Of a DNA stretch of 64,000 nucleotides, positions 26,303 to 38,983 are shown one piece after another (positions within the stretch are counted from its first letter, which is position 1; the number at the start of each line of letters is the position of its first letter). Where the stretch lies: contig JAMWBK010000002.1 in NCBI GenBank assembly GCA_029953675.1, positions 3,162,001-3,226,000 of the forward strand, given 5' to 3'. The stretch is from Rhodosorus marinus CCMP1338 (lineage: Eukaryota > Plantae > Rhodophyta). The translations under genes and the position numbers were made by a program. The notes under the pieces were generated by a model. It was given only the letters and a program-made list of their open reading frames with translations, did no database searches and was not told the DNA's origin.

Positions 26303-28096
26303 TCAATCCGATCTGGCCCCGTCCAGATGCGCTTGCAGAGTGTTTTCGTATGCGTTGCAAAGGTGGTTAGACACCATGCCTTCTGATATGAGGACCCTTG
26401 GCGTCACGCTATTGTCGACATCTTTCACTATCTTCGGGCTCACAAACCATAGCCTACGACCGAGGACGTAGAGCTGTTTGAAGTCGCTGCTGGATGCGTC
26501 AGGCTCTGTAGTCATCGCATCTGCTAACTCCTGCGGAAGGCTTTCATCGGCGATCAATCCCATAACCTTGGTGAAGTCGTACCCAAGTGCATCGATGGCG
26601 TGAAACTTTTTGAACAACGATGTCACGGAGGCCAGAGACAGGCTGGGTACGACATCATCAAGTACCCTACGGAAAAAAAACAGAGGATTCGGTCAGACCA
26701 GTAACGAGAGAGAGCCCGCAGGCTGGCTTTTGTCGGCAGCTTTTTTTTTTAAACAGTTTTGAAGAGTAGATTAGACGTACTGGATGGACACGATGGACTT
26801 CTTCACGACGTCAGGGAGCTTGTCCACCGGACTGAAAACTGGCGGGCTGGCAAAAGCATAGCACTTGACTTTTGTTTCAGGTGGCAAACCGGTTGACTCT
26901 CGAGGTTCCACCAACAGCTTCATTGCCAGCAGGGTGGAGATTCCCGCACCCAGACTGTGTCCGGTGACGACGAGAGAGTAGTCCGGGTATCGTTTTAGAG
27001 CTTTGACGATTGTGTCCCTGCGCTTTGACCAGAGCAGATTCGCGCTTGTTTTGATCCCGTCGTGAGCGACACCGTCCAAGAACGGTGTAGAAGTGCACAA
27101 AATGTCCGTCGCAACGTCGGAGAGCGCAAAGGTCCCTCTCACAGAGAGCACGATGGATTTCTTCTCGTGGTCGCAAGCGATATAATGCCGTGGGTACAGA
27201 ATAGATTCTCCATCCAACTCGATAGACACGAAGTCCTTGTTCTTCACGAACGTGTGCTTTTTGATGATCTCCTTCGACGACATGGTCGGACTGCCGGAAA
27301 CCATTCCCAGAAGGATGAGGAGTGGTCCGTATGCCGCTGAAGATAACCTACAATACCGCATGATGTCCTCCAGTTCCTCCCTCTTGACATCCGCTTGGCG
27401 GGTTCCAGGAATGGTTCCCTCCCTATTGCTCAAGATGGGTTTATGTGCTGCTCTCATTAGCGCAAGGTAAATAAGCCAGTTGTACTTCAGCGCAAATGGA
27501 TCGACCGTCTCTTTGATCGCGTCTAGGATTGCTTCCATTGTGTTCTTGGCAGTATCCCACTGCGTCAAAGAACGCTGTATTTCCTCGTGGTCGATTCTCT
27601 CTGCAAAGAGCCTCACTGAAAGCCAGGACACCACCGTGACTCCAGCTGCGATTCCACCGAACAGGTAGGATTCCAATGCGCGCCCAACCAGAAAGGAAAC
27701 AGATGAGGTCAACACACCAAGACCCAAGCTTTCTTTTAGTTCCACCTTAATAAACTTCCTGTTCCGGAGCCACTTCCCGGTCCCAACGTTGCTAGCGCTT
27801 GGCGCCTCCACCGATATCGACTCATACCCGCCTTCCATTCTGTCCGCGGTATCCAGAATCCTCTGCTTAGAGCCCGACGCCCCTGAAGAAGTCATCCTGA
27901 TAAAATTCCTCCTCGGTAGCTTCTCCAAACACACTCCACCGCCACTCAAGTTACCCTTCGTCCGCCTCCCACCGCCGGCAAAACTACCCCTCAAGCTCCC
28001 AACAAAACCCAGCGGAAAAAGCTTCGCCACTCCACTCCATGACAACATTCGCATAGCATAGACTAACAAAAGAAAAAATCCTCCTACCCTATTCAC
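26303..28096 (-). CDS. Class 3 lipase (DAG-lipase-like alpha/beta hydrolase)
   Basis: HYIACDHEKKSIVLSVRGTFALSDVATD, AHDGI, nucleophile elbow VTGHSLGAG, CYAFASPP. A spliced exon supplies VLDDVVPSLS (catalytic Asp) and MVSNHL (catalytic His). Two hydrophobic segments lie upstream of the catalytic domain. Confidence 0.88.
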
Positions 28097-28999
28097 CCAT
28101 CATCAGTTTCCTTCTCCAAAACATTCGAAAGTTTCCCATGTCTCCCAAACTCGAATCTAATACAACAATCACCGCTTCCTCCTTCCCCCCGCCCCAATCC
28201 ATAAGCATTCACATTGTCATAACGGCATCCTCATCCATTCTCAAAGTTCTTCAATCCAACCACGCCGATCACAAGGAAACATGTCCCATACGCTAACCCC
28301 CCCTTACAGCCGAACACGATAATTAGTTTTTCTGATATTTTAATTAAATATGAAACAAACGTCGAGAAATTCTTACGGGGGGTAAAAATGATCGTGCAGT
28401 TTGACATTTTACCGTGGTTTTTGTACCCTCCCTATGATTTGCTCATAATATTCTATTTATATGCCTAAAGGTAATTGTTTTATATGTTTTGATTTCAACA
28501 TTGAGACGGAAAGGGGGAAGACTAAAGCTTAGCAAGTATCTGTCCCAACTGGACGGAGCTGTTGTCCCATAGATCGTAGTTAGAAATGTCATGGGCGAAG
28601 TCTGCATAGGGAAATGTTATGTTCCTTTTGAGTGTAGACGACTTGTGCGGATTAGCGTTAGCAACCAGAAGGGCATCTTGAAGCAGACTTTCTTAACAGT
28701 GCTCTGCTTTCAATCCTGAAGAGGACTATTCCTCATTTTCCTCGACAACAGATGTACGTACGATTTGCGGAAGATCCCTTGGACCTGCGGCACACTGAGC
28801 CGGTTTCTGGTCGTATCTGTTTGATAGCGACTTTGGCTGCAGAAAAACTCTTGCTAAGCCATATACGGTGCTCGCTTGATTATTTTCGTCACCAATTCTT
28901 GATTTTCTACAGGTTTCGATCTCATGTACTGCTAGACTATCCGACTGATACTATTCGGCACCACAGTGGATGCTATCAGTACTCACTGGAAGCTGCTGT

Positions 29000-31900
29000 T
29001 CAGAATAAGGTGTACGATTTAGGATTTCGGATTAACCTCCATCGATCTTCGTATTCAACAACGTGACGCCAGTTCTTCAGGAAGCGTTAGCAAAAAAGAG
29101 GCAAAGTTCGTCAGCTAAAGTCGGGGGTTATAGGGAAACCCTTGGACTAACTCACAAGCGCGACGAGAAGTCTTCTTCGCAGCTCCAACACTTCTTTTGA
29201 TGCAGTCGGTCCTTCGAGAGAGCCAAGAGCTTTCAATCCGCATGCAAATCGTGACCTTATCCTTTCTCTTTCCGCGGTCATTAACGAGACTTCCGCATTC
29301 ATCGCAGACATGTCCGCGTTCCATTTCCGAAGCTGCTTGAAGCAGCTCTCAAAGGTCTGTTCATACGACGTTCTGTTATCCATATCGTCATCATCTGAAG
29401 AACAAGAGTGGTTGGCTCTGGTCGTTGAGCAAACCATACTTCAACACGGGCTACCCCAATGGCCAAATAAAAAAAAAATAAGAATCGAATCCTTCACAAA
29501 GTCATGTTACCTTTCATTGCATCCAAGCTCTTCTTCAGAATTCGAAGTTTCCGCAACAGTGCTTGGCACAACATTCTCCTATTCTTCTCAGCCTCCTCTC
29601 GAGCTGATACCTCAGATTCATCTTCACTGTCCACCACCGGGTAAAGCGCAGCAGCTATTCCCTCAGTTGATATTTTCTCCACGACTGCGTCCGCTGCATT
29701 AAGAATCTCCTGAACCTGCTTAACCACACCGAGTCAAGGGTAAAACGTTGAGGGGGCTTCAGTGCACGCATCGCAGAGGAGGAAAAAAAAAATCGTTTTC
29801 CTTTGCATGTTCGAACTCACGTTCGGATTTGGATTGTCCTTGGCAGCTTCCTCCAAGCGCTCCAGCCGAATCGATAGGAACGGAACGTAATCAGATTTCT
29901 GCCCAATCGCCACCCTGTATTTTTCGTCGAATTCTCCAAACTGTCGGTCCTTGAGAAGTGCTCTTAGCTCATCAAGCTGGGCCTTAGATTTAGTAAGTTC
30001 CCCTGCAGGCTTTTTGTCTTTCCGCTGAGCTTGTGTGCTTGGCCCCCCGTCACGGGCAAGAGCTGGTCCCACTTCCCAACTCAGGTTGTAGTGTTTAACT
30101 GATCGATCAGTTCGAGGCCCTCCTGTTGAATAGGCAAATGACAACAGCAAGCTCAGAGCGATGAAAGTATAAAGGCAATCAAAAGAGTCCAACGGCTTTT
30201 ACAAGGCTCCGCGCCCCTCAAACATTGAAAAACTTTCAACGAGAGAATCACCAACTTTTGACTCTAGGATTCTTGCCAGAGAATTCCAGACCTCCCTTAT
30301 TCGGTGTTTTGTCTACGGTCACGGATCCAACTAGGCTGTCGCCTACAACTGCGTGCTTCGGTATGGAACCTCTCTTCGGCGCTGAGAAATAGAGGGGTCT
30401 CTTCTCTCCAGGAGAAATGACATCGTTCCATGAAGAGTTCTTCGTCTTCTTGTCAGGGAGCCCAAGAAGCGCTCCCTGCTGGGTGGAGAAGCATTCCAAC
30501 GAAACATCGCTCCCGAGCTTGATTCTCAATATCGCACTTAAGCTCTTCAGCTCTACACATGGAGCAAGAATTCCGTGGCTCAGAAACAGCTCGAACCAAA
30601 TTCAACCGCTAGGAGCTGTGAGAGCTAGTTTTTTACGTACCGTCCAAGTAGGACGTATTCTCATGCCGAATCGCTGCTCTGAGCACGTAGCCCTTGCCCT
30701 TTTCCAACTTTTTCGCACTTGGATAACAGTCTGCTGTGTAGCACAACTTCTTACTAGAGTCAAAAATCATGTGGAATGGACCACCTTCCAATACGCTTTC
30801 ATATACACGGCCAGATAGCCCCGGGAAGTGGATTTTCAGCTCAGCAGTTTCCTAGTGGCATTGGCTGTTTTCAGAACAAACTGGCATCCTTTGAGAGAAG
30901 CGAAATGTTCTTTTCCACCCACGTACAGCCAGAGAAAAGTTGTAGGTAAGGATCAGCTCGTAGATCTGTCTGTTTTTTGGCAGTATGTCCCTCTCCCCCA
31001 ACGCCTTCAGAGTACTGGACGTCGGAGCAAGTGACCTCTCCAAGTGCGTCAGAACCGCTTTAGGCTCGCAGAGGCATGGTGTCCGAGGTGTTGAGTTGGT
31101 TTTGAGTCTATTAATGATGTCAAACCTGTCAGAACACAAGCTCCCGGCACCCACATTGAGAGAATCTGAAGAAGGACACGAGGAAATGTCACTGGTGAGC
31201 GTTGCTTCGCGTTTTTGTAAAGCGCCTAGAGGGACCCGCCCTCCATGGGAGCCTCAAGAGTTGCTCACTCGAGTAAACGTCCAGTCCACCAAAGATGACC
31301 CGCACTTTGTCTACCACGGTTGTCCCTGGCGACGACCACAGTTGAGAAACACAAATCTCAAGAGTCTGCTCGTCCTCTACGCAGATCTGCTTGGACAGGA
31401 CCTATGCGAAGGGATTCGCAAACGTGAGATAAGACTAGCTAGGAGACGGCCCTTCCAAAGCACAGAAGGAGACGTTTCATCCAAAACTGACGCACCATTC
31501 CCGCAGCAACAGAGTCATAAAATGTTAGTCTAGTGTCGTTTGGACTCCTCTCCTTAACGATCTGTACAGTCTGGATGACGAATCGTCGGATGATAGGCGC
31601 CTTGCCCTCGTTGTGAGAGCTAGGGAAATGGTTCGCAAAGTTCATACTAATTGTGCAGTGCGAAGCTCCGCTAGGAACGTGCAGGAAAATTCTGTTAACC
31701 TCTCCGGCACCAAATTCAAGGTTCTTCACAACGAAGGCTCCGGTTCGCGACACTTCGTCCTCAACATCGAGGGGCTTTATCACGGTCACCGGAAACCGGA
31801 AGAGGGGTCCACTTCCGGAGTTGCTGCCACTGCAACAAATGGAATCGAAATTGGTGAAAAGAGTCTCAGAGGACGATTGTGGTCAGCAAAAAAGGGTTCA

Positions 31901-34838
31901 CGGATAAGCTCACTCTTTGTATCCTAAAATCTCCGCAAAGTGAATTTCTCCTTCGTCCAGACCTGTTGGGTCGACAGTAACGGGAAAACTTCTGCCTCCC
32001 CCGAACAAGGCAACAGATTTCGGAGTCTTTACCCACGCAGCGGTGCTTTTCAGCAAGATTAGGGACTCGAACCGAGATGCGGCTGCTTTTCCCGCAGCGG
32101 AGTCGTCATCGGATTTCATGCAGTCAAGTTGAATCATAAACCGTCGCACCAACCGTGAATCGTGAATATCTCGGAGGTAGATCCCACTCATTCTTATCCC
32201 GGTACCGTTCATATAGCTCATCGAGAACTGGACATCGAGCTCCGGCGTATCCTCTGATTGCTCAAGGAGATCAGCGGCTAACGGTACATTAACGCTTCCC
32301 GCTCCGGACCCAAAACGATCGGGGTGTTTCAACTGATTCCCGCTAGGCGATAGATTCTGAAGCAGCAACGGCTTGGCACTGTTCTCAAGAGCAATCCGCA
32401 CACGATGGCTAGTGTATTTTATGCCCTTTGATCTGCGGTAAGCAGGCAAAAAAGAAAAGAAGACAGCGTTGAACGAGATCACGCGTGAGCCCATCGGAAT
32501 GCAGAAACAGGCATAACGAATCACTTACTTGCACATGCAGAGGAGAAGTGCCACAGAGCCCGTTGCAGATGGTGCAGCCATGCTAGTTCCGTTAAGGAGC
32601 ATCTTCTTTCTCAGCGTCCACTCCGGCACAGGCGCAATGGCGCCTCCTGGAGCGCATAAATTGACTCCCATCGCGCCATGCGGAGTTGGACCTCGTGAAC
32701 ACCAAGTGTAGGGTATACCCGGGACCCCCAAACCGCTAAGACCATTTTGTTGGCTTTTGTTCTCCTGTGCTCCTATTGTGCGCTTATCGACAATGCCGCT
32801 GAGGCACGGCGAATCGAGACTGTCGTTGTCAGAATAATAATCAAGCAAATCCTCCGTTTCACTCCTCGGTTCCTTCAGCTCTCCGGTGACCTGGTAAAAC
32901 TCCTCGTCTATGTACGAGTACGCTTGCGTCGCCATCTCAGGTGTCACATACGCTCCGATTCCAATGAGAACGGAGGAGGTACCCCCCGGAGCAGTTCCAG
33001 TGGTTATGCCAGGTCCTAAGTTGGAGAAAGCGGCTCAGTACACGTACCTCACGACAACTGGAGCGAAACCATCCGACTTGGTCATGAATGCGCTCAACCC
33101 ATACCTGCATTCCCTGCCGAGAATATGAACATGACATTGTGCTTCTCAACGAGTTCGCGGGCCATTTCAATAAATCTCCCGCTGTCGGGTCTTGAAGTCG
33201 CTTCTCCGTAGCTCATGTTGAGGGCGTCACAATAGTCGATTTTATGCCGTCTGCGATCATTTTCAGAATCTAAAACACGTTCAGCAGGTTTTGGGTCAGG
33301 TATGTCCAACGACGTTTGTCACCTAAGCCCGAAGTAGAGCGATCCATAGGTACCATCTGGAGTTAGGTAGGCCATCGCACGAATCAACCCCTGATGGGTT
33401 TCCATGGACCCGAGACGCGAGTCTCCAATTTTCAGCGATACTATCTGCATTTGGAATCAGTTGAAGATAGAATTCAGGTGAACAAACCCGTGCTACCAGG
33501 GGCAAGGATTTTCAGGTTCTGGGGCCCCGTCTCACCTGACATCCCGGGGCTACCCCATTCATTTCTGGATTATCTGGATAACTGTGAACAATAGCAAATC
33601 AACGTCGGCCTCACGACACAGATAGAAAAGTTCAAATAAACACAACCGAACTTACTTTGCAGCGATCGTCCCAGCAACGTGCGTGCCATGATGCCCTGCA
33701 TCAACTACCTGTAATATCCGTGGAAGGTCAGAGAAGCTGGGCAAGTTTGGATCGATTAGGTGAGGCCTTACAATCGACAAGACGTTGCCCTCATCGTAGA
33801 TATTCACGCAGTAGTTAAGTAAGTCATGCTCTCCAAAGGTGGCGTACACGCCGTTCAGGCGGTAGTTCTCCAGGATCTTGTAGTGAGCAAGTTGACCTTT
33901 TCCGAAAACAAGGACAGACTGCTGGTCAGTACGAGCCCTCCAAGCAGCGTTTGCTGATTTTAGGCCGTTTAACGCGCAGGCTTTCAAGTCTCACCACTCT
34001 CTTCCGAATCAACAATCGCCCTCCAGTTTTCTCCGTCGTTGAAAACCACGCAGTCGAAACTTCACGGGCATCGTTTACAATACGAAGTTTGAGTAAGCGC
34101 AGAATTGTCGTTGCAATCTATCAACCATTGGATAGGGGTGCGGGGTTTGCCTCACATTTGTCCTGGATCCTTATAATCCTTTTCCATGGCCTTCAGCTGC
34201 GCGATTTGACATTCCACCTCTCCTTGTTCGAGCTTCTTTTGTGGAGTGGGATCCCCACTAGGTCCTTGCTCCTCTTTCCCACTAGCAGGCCTAGCCTTGG
34301 ACTTTGCCAATCGTTGCTGCTCTGTCCACTTGTCACGTCGTTCTCTCCTGATCCGGGTAATTAAATTCCTCGGAAACAGTTCGTAGGCGCTCTTGATACC
34401 AATATGGTACTTCCCGGAAGGGTTGAGTTCTCGAATTTTCTCGCCAAGCGTCAGAGTACGACCAGAAAGCCCAGTAATCGTACCGTCCTCATTTTCCTGA
34501 ACGACGGTCGACGAATCTACGTCCCCGCCTCCTGTGCAATCTACAATGTCTAGAATCTTTCGCTTGCCGTCAGTCGTCTCTGACAATCCAGCCGCGCCGG
34601 GGTCAACACCAGTATCCAACACTCCAACCACAACACCGCGACCATCGAAAGCTGCATTTTTTGACAGAAACTCTGTCGCGCCGATCCATTGCTTCGGTAA
34701 GAACCTAACTCCAGCATCAGCCAAAAAAAAGCAAACCACAACCGTCAGAACTAGCCAGAATATCAAACACACGAAGTATCAGACGCAACAACCAAAACGC
34801 TTACCCCTCTCGAGGTACGGGACCCAGTTCAGGGCCAT
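29000..34838 (-). CDS. TPP2: Tripeptidyl-peptidase II (subtilisin family S8)
   Basis: FLPKQWIGATEFL...FDGRGVVVGVLDTGVDPGAAGL (Asp), GHHGTHVAGTIAA (His), APGGAIAPVPEWTLRKKMLLNGTSMAAP (Ser), and C-terminus NWRHVVEYEDRWRLIRNPKSYTLF*. Many introns; start inferred at 34838. Confidence 0.94.
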
Positions 34839-36215
34839 GATTCACCTCCATCTTCTGTCCCAAATTCTTACATCAACAACAAACAAAACACGAAAGAAAA
34901 AAAAACACGCCACAGAAGATCCACCCCCCAGGCTAAATCAAGAGAAGATTCACAGGACAGAAGCTAACTCTCAGAATAAAGCAAGGATCCCCTCTCATCC
35001 TCTTCCGATCCCCTCTCAACCTCCTCCCCCTAAACATCGACGCAAACTAATATCCCGTTCAATCTCATCCCGAACGGCCCTAATGATATCCATTTTCTCT
35101 CCAAAACAGCCAACGCACCCCTCAAAATGCAAATCTGATATTGACTAAATGCAATCAATAACAACCATCGAAATGGTATATCCTCAGTTTTTACGCCAAT
35201 ATTGGGAAGTTGGATCAGTTTTCAGATTGTTCAATGGTAATTTTAAGAAATATAGGGAAGGGGAGAATTGGGACAACAGCTACAGGGGCTAGTCCAGGCT
35301 CTGAAGCAATGGTGCGCGTCTACTTTGGCAGAACAGCTTTCTTCCCGTTTGTTATTGAATGTCTGGATGGACAGCAAGGGTGGCAATCGCTCCTCAACTG
35401 ATAGTCCTAGTCTCCGGTGTTTTTTTTTTTTTTTGAGTGTCCTAACCACGGTTAGTACGCACTGAGAAGTGCTCTTCTTTTTTTTGGAAGAAAACCAGTT
35501 CGCGTTTTGCGGTTTGCTTGTTTGGTGCAAACGCTGAAATAGTGCGTTCGCTTTCAACCAAACTCATCTGATCTTTTAGGATCTGGCAATCCAACAAACT
35601 AAAAAAAGACCTCACGCGATGAGCTCAACGAGGATCTTCGTAGAACGACCGCCGTGGGGTTGCTAATGAACCTAAGAGTCCGACACCAGCCGCCAGAAAA
35701 GCATACATTGATGGTGCTTACGAGACGACCATATGGCACCCAACCTTTCATGCAGTATCAAGGCCTTGCTCTCCTAAGGATTAGATGCGAAACGTCGTTC
35801 CTAGTCCGTTGTTGGTTGTTCGAGTGTAAGATAGATCAAAGTCCGTACTTGCAGCGGCGTTAAGGAAACATTTCTGGTCAAAAGCAGTAGAGTAAGACAC
35901 TCCGCTCTAGTTTCTTTGTGCTAAGCGCAGGTAGCGGGGATACCGTGACCGTTTCCCCTAGCTACTGATAGAACCAGTATTGCTCTGCAAGTAGGCAGTA
36001 AAGGTTATGGTTACGATCCGGGGCGGGGGGTGAACACCGGCCTCCCTGGATAGTGTGATCCAATTTTAGTGTTGTGCATTGGGCAGCTGCCGAGTAAAGG
36101 GTATGCATACAAGTGGATTGAATGTAATTGATGCAGGAAAGATATTTGCTCGGTTTCGCGGATCGGTGTGAACTGCTCTAAGATGTGGGAGAGGGAAAAC
36201 TTCTGAATTGGATTC

Positions 36216-36938
36216 ATGGCAAGTGTTAATAGGATAGGTCAGCTGAGTAAACTACTCAAGAACTCTGCTGCAGGGTATACGAAGGTCGGGAATGTACCCG
36301 CGACTGCCGCGAGGGCTGATCTGGTGAATCTGTTTTCGAAGTACGGAGTGAATGGATCTGATTGCCTGAAGATTACGAGGTCTAGGTTTGGTTCTGAAGA
36401 ATGGTGCGTGCAAGTATTTGTGCTTTGGCAGGTTGAATAAGGCGGTGAATGATAATTGCTGATCATGGAAGTGAGGTCTCCAGGATTGTAGGGCGTTTGG
36501 ATGAAAATTCTGCAGCGGCGTCACTGGTGGACTTGCAGGGTGCGATGATTGGAAGCCAGAAAGTGCGTCTTTCGCCCACGACTGATCAAGAACTCAAGCA
36601 AATTGCTGCTTCTCAAGCACTAGTCGATCCCGATGCTTCTAGTCGAAGCCTGTTTGTAAAGGGCCTCAAACAGATCGACCCGGCTTCAATCAATCGACAA
36701 ATGCAGACGCTATTCGAAGGATATTCCTTGGAAAGATTAAGCTACGATTTGGATCGGAAAACTGTGAGTCATCCCCAAGCATCGCTTCTACAGGGTTGAG
36801 AGACGTAAGCTGAACGCATTGACAACTCTCGTTTAGGTGTTGATTATTTTCGCGTCTGAAAAACAAGCGCAGGTTGCGCACCGCAACTTGAACGGTGCTT
36901 ATGTTGGATTTAGCATGATCAAACTGGAAGAAGTCTGA
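36216..36938 (+). CDS. Protein with two degenerate RRM-like domains, probably organelle-targeted
   Basis: MASVNRIGQLSKLLKNSAAG presequence-like start; YTKVGNVPATAARADLVNLFSKYG and SRSLFVKGL RNP2-like motifs; last exon VLIIFASEKQAQVAHRNLNGAYVGFSMIKLEEV*. Introns start GTGCGT and GTGAGT. Confidence 0.7.
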
Positions 36939-37452
36939 GTTAGGAGCTTTTTGTCTTGTTCGCTTGAAGACATAAGCTCGAACCTTTCTGAAGTGCTCCG
37001 GTTTAGCCCAGAAGACGGGCCCACTCTAAGTTTAATCCGGGGCGTGTCGGCAACATATTTTCAAGTCTGGGGAGGGTTGGTGGGAGCAAAAAAGTATCTT
37101 GAAGATGAGCGCTTGCTCAATCGCGATCCACACTGACTGGAATCTAAGCAAATGCGCTTCGCGCCGATTATATTATTGGTTCGTATGGGTCGACCCCTTC
37201 AGACAATTCGTTCGAAGATGGATAACGGGCCTCGCTTCAGTGCAGAGGTATTTAGCAACGCACCCGGTTATAATACTTAGGACAGCAGGGGAATTCACAT
37301 GTAAATGAACGCCCTCCCGGGATGCAATCAACTTTTTCTCTGGCCGTGCTGGAACCGCGAGGATGCCCTCCCCGACTAGCTGGCGAAAGCAATGATGTAA
37401 AGCCAAAACAAACAACCTCGTTAGTCAAAAGCGTCTAAAAGAACAAGACACT

Positions 37453-38730
37453 TATGACAGGGCATTCCCATCGACGAGATGGTTGCCGTGAAGCTACCTA
37501 TTCTTTCCTTCCGCAGCACTAGTAGCCTTGAAGGATATAACTCTCCTAGCTTGCCTGTCAGAAAGTCGAAACGAAATTACACCAAAAGCTCGTCGCTAAA
37601 GGGAGGATATGTATGACAATACTCCCATCGTCGAGGTGGTGCAGTGAAGCTAGGTCTTCATTTCTTCCGCAGTACTGCCAACCTTGAAGGATAGAACTCT
37701 TCTGACCCTTCTGTCCGCAACTCAAAACGAAGGAACACCCAAAGCTGACGCTAGCTAGCAACTGGATGTTTATGACAATATTCCCATCGACAAGATGGTC
37801 GCAGTGAAGCTAGGTTTTCCTTCATTCCGCAGTACTAGTAACCTTGAAGGAGAAACCTCTTCTCAACCCTTCTGTCCGAAACTTGAAACGAAAAAACACC
37901 CAGAGCGTCGCTGCCAATGTCGACTCTGTGGGCTCGGGAGTCTGGGTAAGCGGGCTGGAGGCAGCTGTCGCTGGTGATCTAGCAACGATGTTACCAGCTT
38001 GCTTACAGCGACTCTCGAAGCGCACGGAGTAGCCGACGGTCGATGGCAGTGGAGATGTAGAAAACTACATCAGCAAGCTCGAACATTTGCTAGCAGTCTA
38101 CGCAGGTACAGACGAGCGCGATAGACTGTTTGTGACGGTCAGGGGTCTAGCAAAACGGGCACCGAATGGTACCGTGTGCTGCCAATAAACCAGCTTACTT
38201 CGTGGGCGGAGCTACCAATGGCCCTGAGGGGCGGTACGCCATCCACAACAAGGATGCGGACTGGCGAAGCAAATCTCCAGATGCGACAACGAGAGGGAGC
38301 AAGCGCCAGCGACTACACTACGCAATTTGAAACGACGTTGGAGCACCTCAAACGCTTCGAGGAGGTGTTGTTGAGTGATTTCATGCAGGTTCAGTCCTTT
38401 TTGCCAATATTCGCATCCACGAGATGGGCAACCCCAGTCCCTCGCAGTGAAGCTAGGTCTTCCTTCCTTCCGCAGTACTAGTAACCTTGAAGGATACAAT
38501 CCTTCCAACCCTTCTGTCCAAAAGTCAAAGCGAAAACAACTCGATGCATCGCTGCTAAGAACAGGATATTCATGCAATATTCCCATCGACGAGATGGTCG
38601 CAGTGAAGCTAAGTCTTCCTTCCTTCCTTCCTTCCGCAGTGCTAGTAACCTTGATAAACACAATTCTTCTAACCTTCTGTCCGAAAGCCAAAGCGAAAGC
38701 CATCCAAAGCTTCGCTTCTGCGAAGAAACA
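37453..38730 (+). repeat. Array of five degenerate ~159-bp repeat units (starts ~37453, 37612, 37771, ~38403, ~38571), interrupted after unit 3
   Basis: Recurring core ATTCCCATCGACGAGATGGTCGCAGTGAAGCTAGGTCTTCCTTCCTTCCGCAGTACTAGTAACCTTGAAGGATA...CCTTCTGTCC. Units 1 and 2 are each 159 bp by start-to-start distance. Confidence 0.93.
38033..38395 (+). pseudogene. Decayed retrotransposon gag (Ty3/gypsy capsid-like) fragment
   Basis: PTVDGSGDVENYISKLEHLLAVYAGTDERDRLFVTVRGL, then a frameshift near 38150-38165, then EWYRVLPINQLTSWAELPMALR...LQMRQREGASASDYTTQF. This follows the Retrotrans_gag pattern (DG.gDv..yi..fE; A..Wy..lp...sW.eL; Q..g.s..dY...F). A TAG at 38030-38032 precedes it. No pol or LTR seen. 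Confidence 0.72.
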
Positions 38731-38983
38731 GAATATTTAGCAGCTTCCCAATGTTGAGATTTTGGCCTTGAGATGCACTCCGGGAGATCATGAAATGGCC
38801 GTGAACCCCTTGAGCTTGAATGAGGAATTGATAAGTACTGGTGATGAAAAAGGTCAAGGTGTTTGATACTGCTGAGTTAGAGGAGGGCAAGTTCTGAGCA
38901 TTAGGAAATCGTTTTTGGATAAGAGGTTGAGGATACCCGTGATTTTGTTTTGCGAAGGTCTGGAAAGTACCGGGTTCGAATCG

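Noticed and set aside
30985-31533. 182-aa plus-strand ORF
   Set aside because: Antisense to TPP2 exons with no motifs; shadow of coding sequence.
34534-35148. 204-aa plus-strand ORF
   Set aside because: Antisense to the TPP2 5' end and its C/A-rich promoter; composition reflects the GT-rich opposite strand.
35243-36060. Scattered open frames and splice-like sites between TPP2 and the RRM gene
   Set aside because: Phases could not be reconciled into one reading frame; left unannotated.
38212-38703. 163-aa minus-strand ORF across the repeats
   Set aside because: Antisense read of the gag fragment and repeat units 4-5; no independent motif.
37453-38730. Interpretation of the repeat array as CRISPR
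   Set aside because: Units are ~159 bp, degenerate along their whole length, have no unique spacers between conserved short repeats, and there are no cas genes; the context is eukaryotic.
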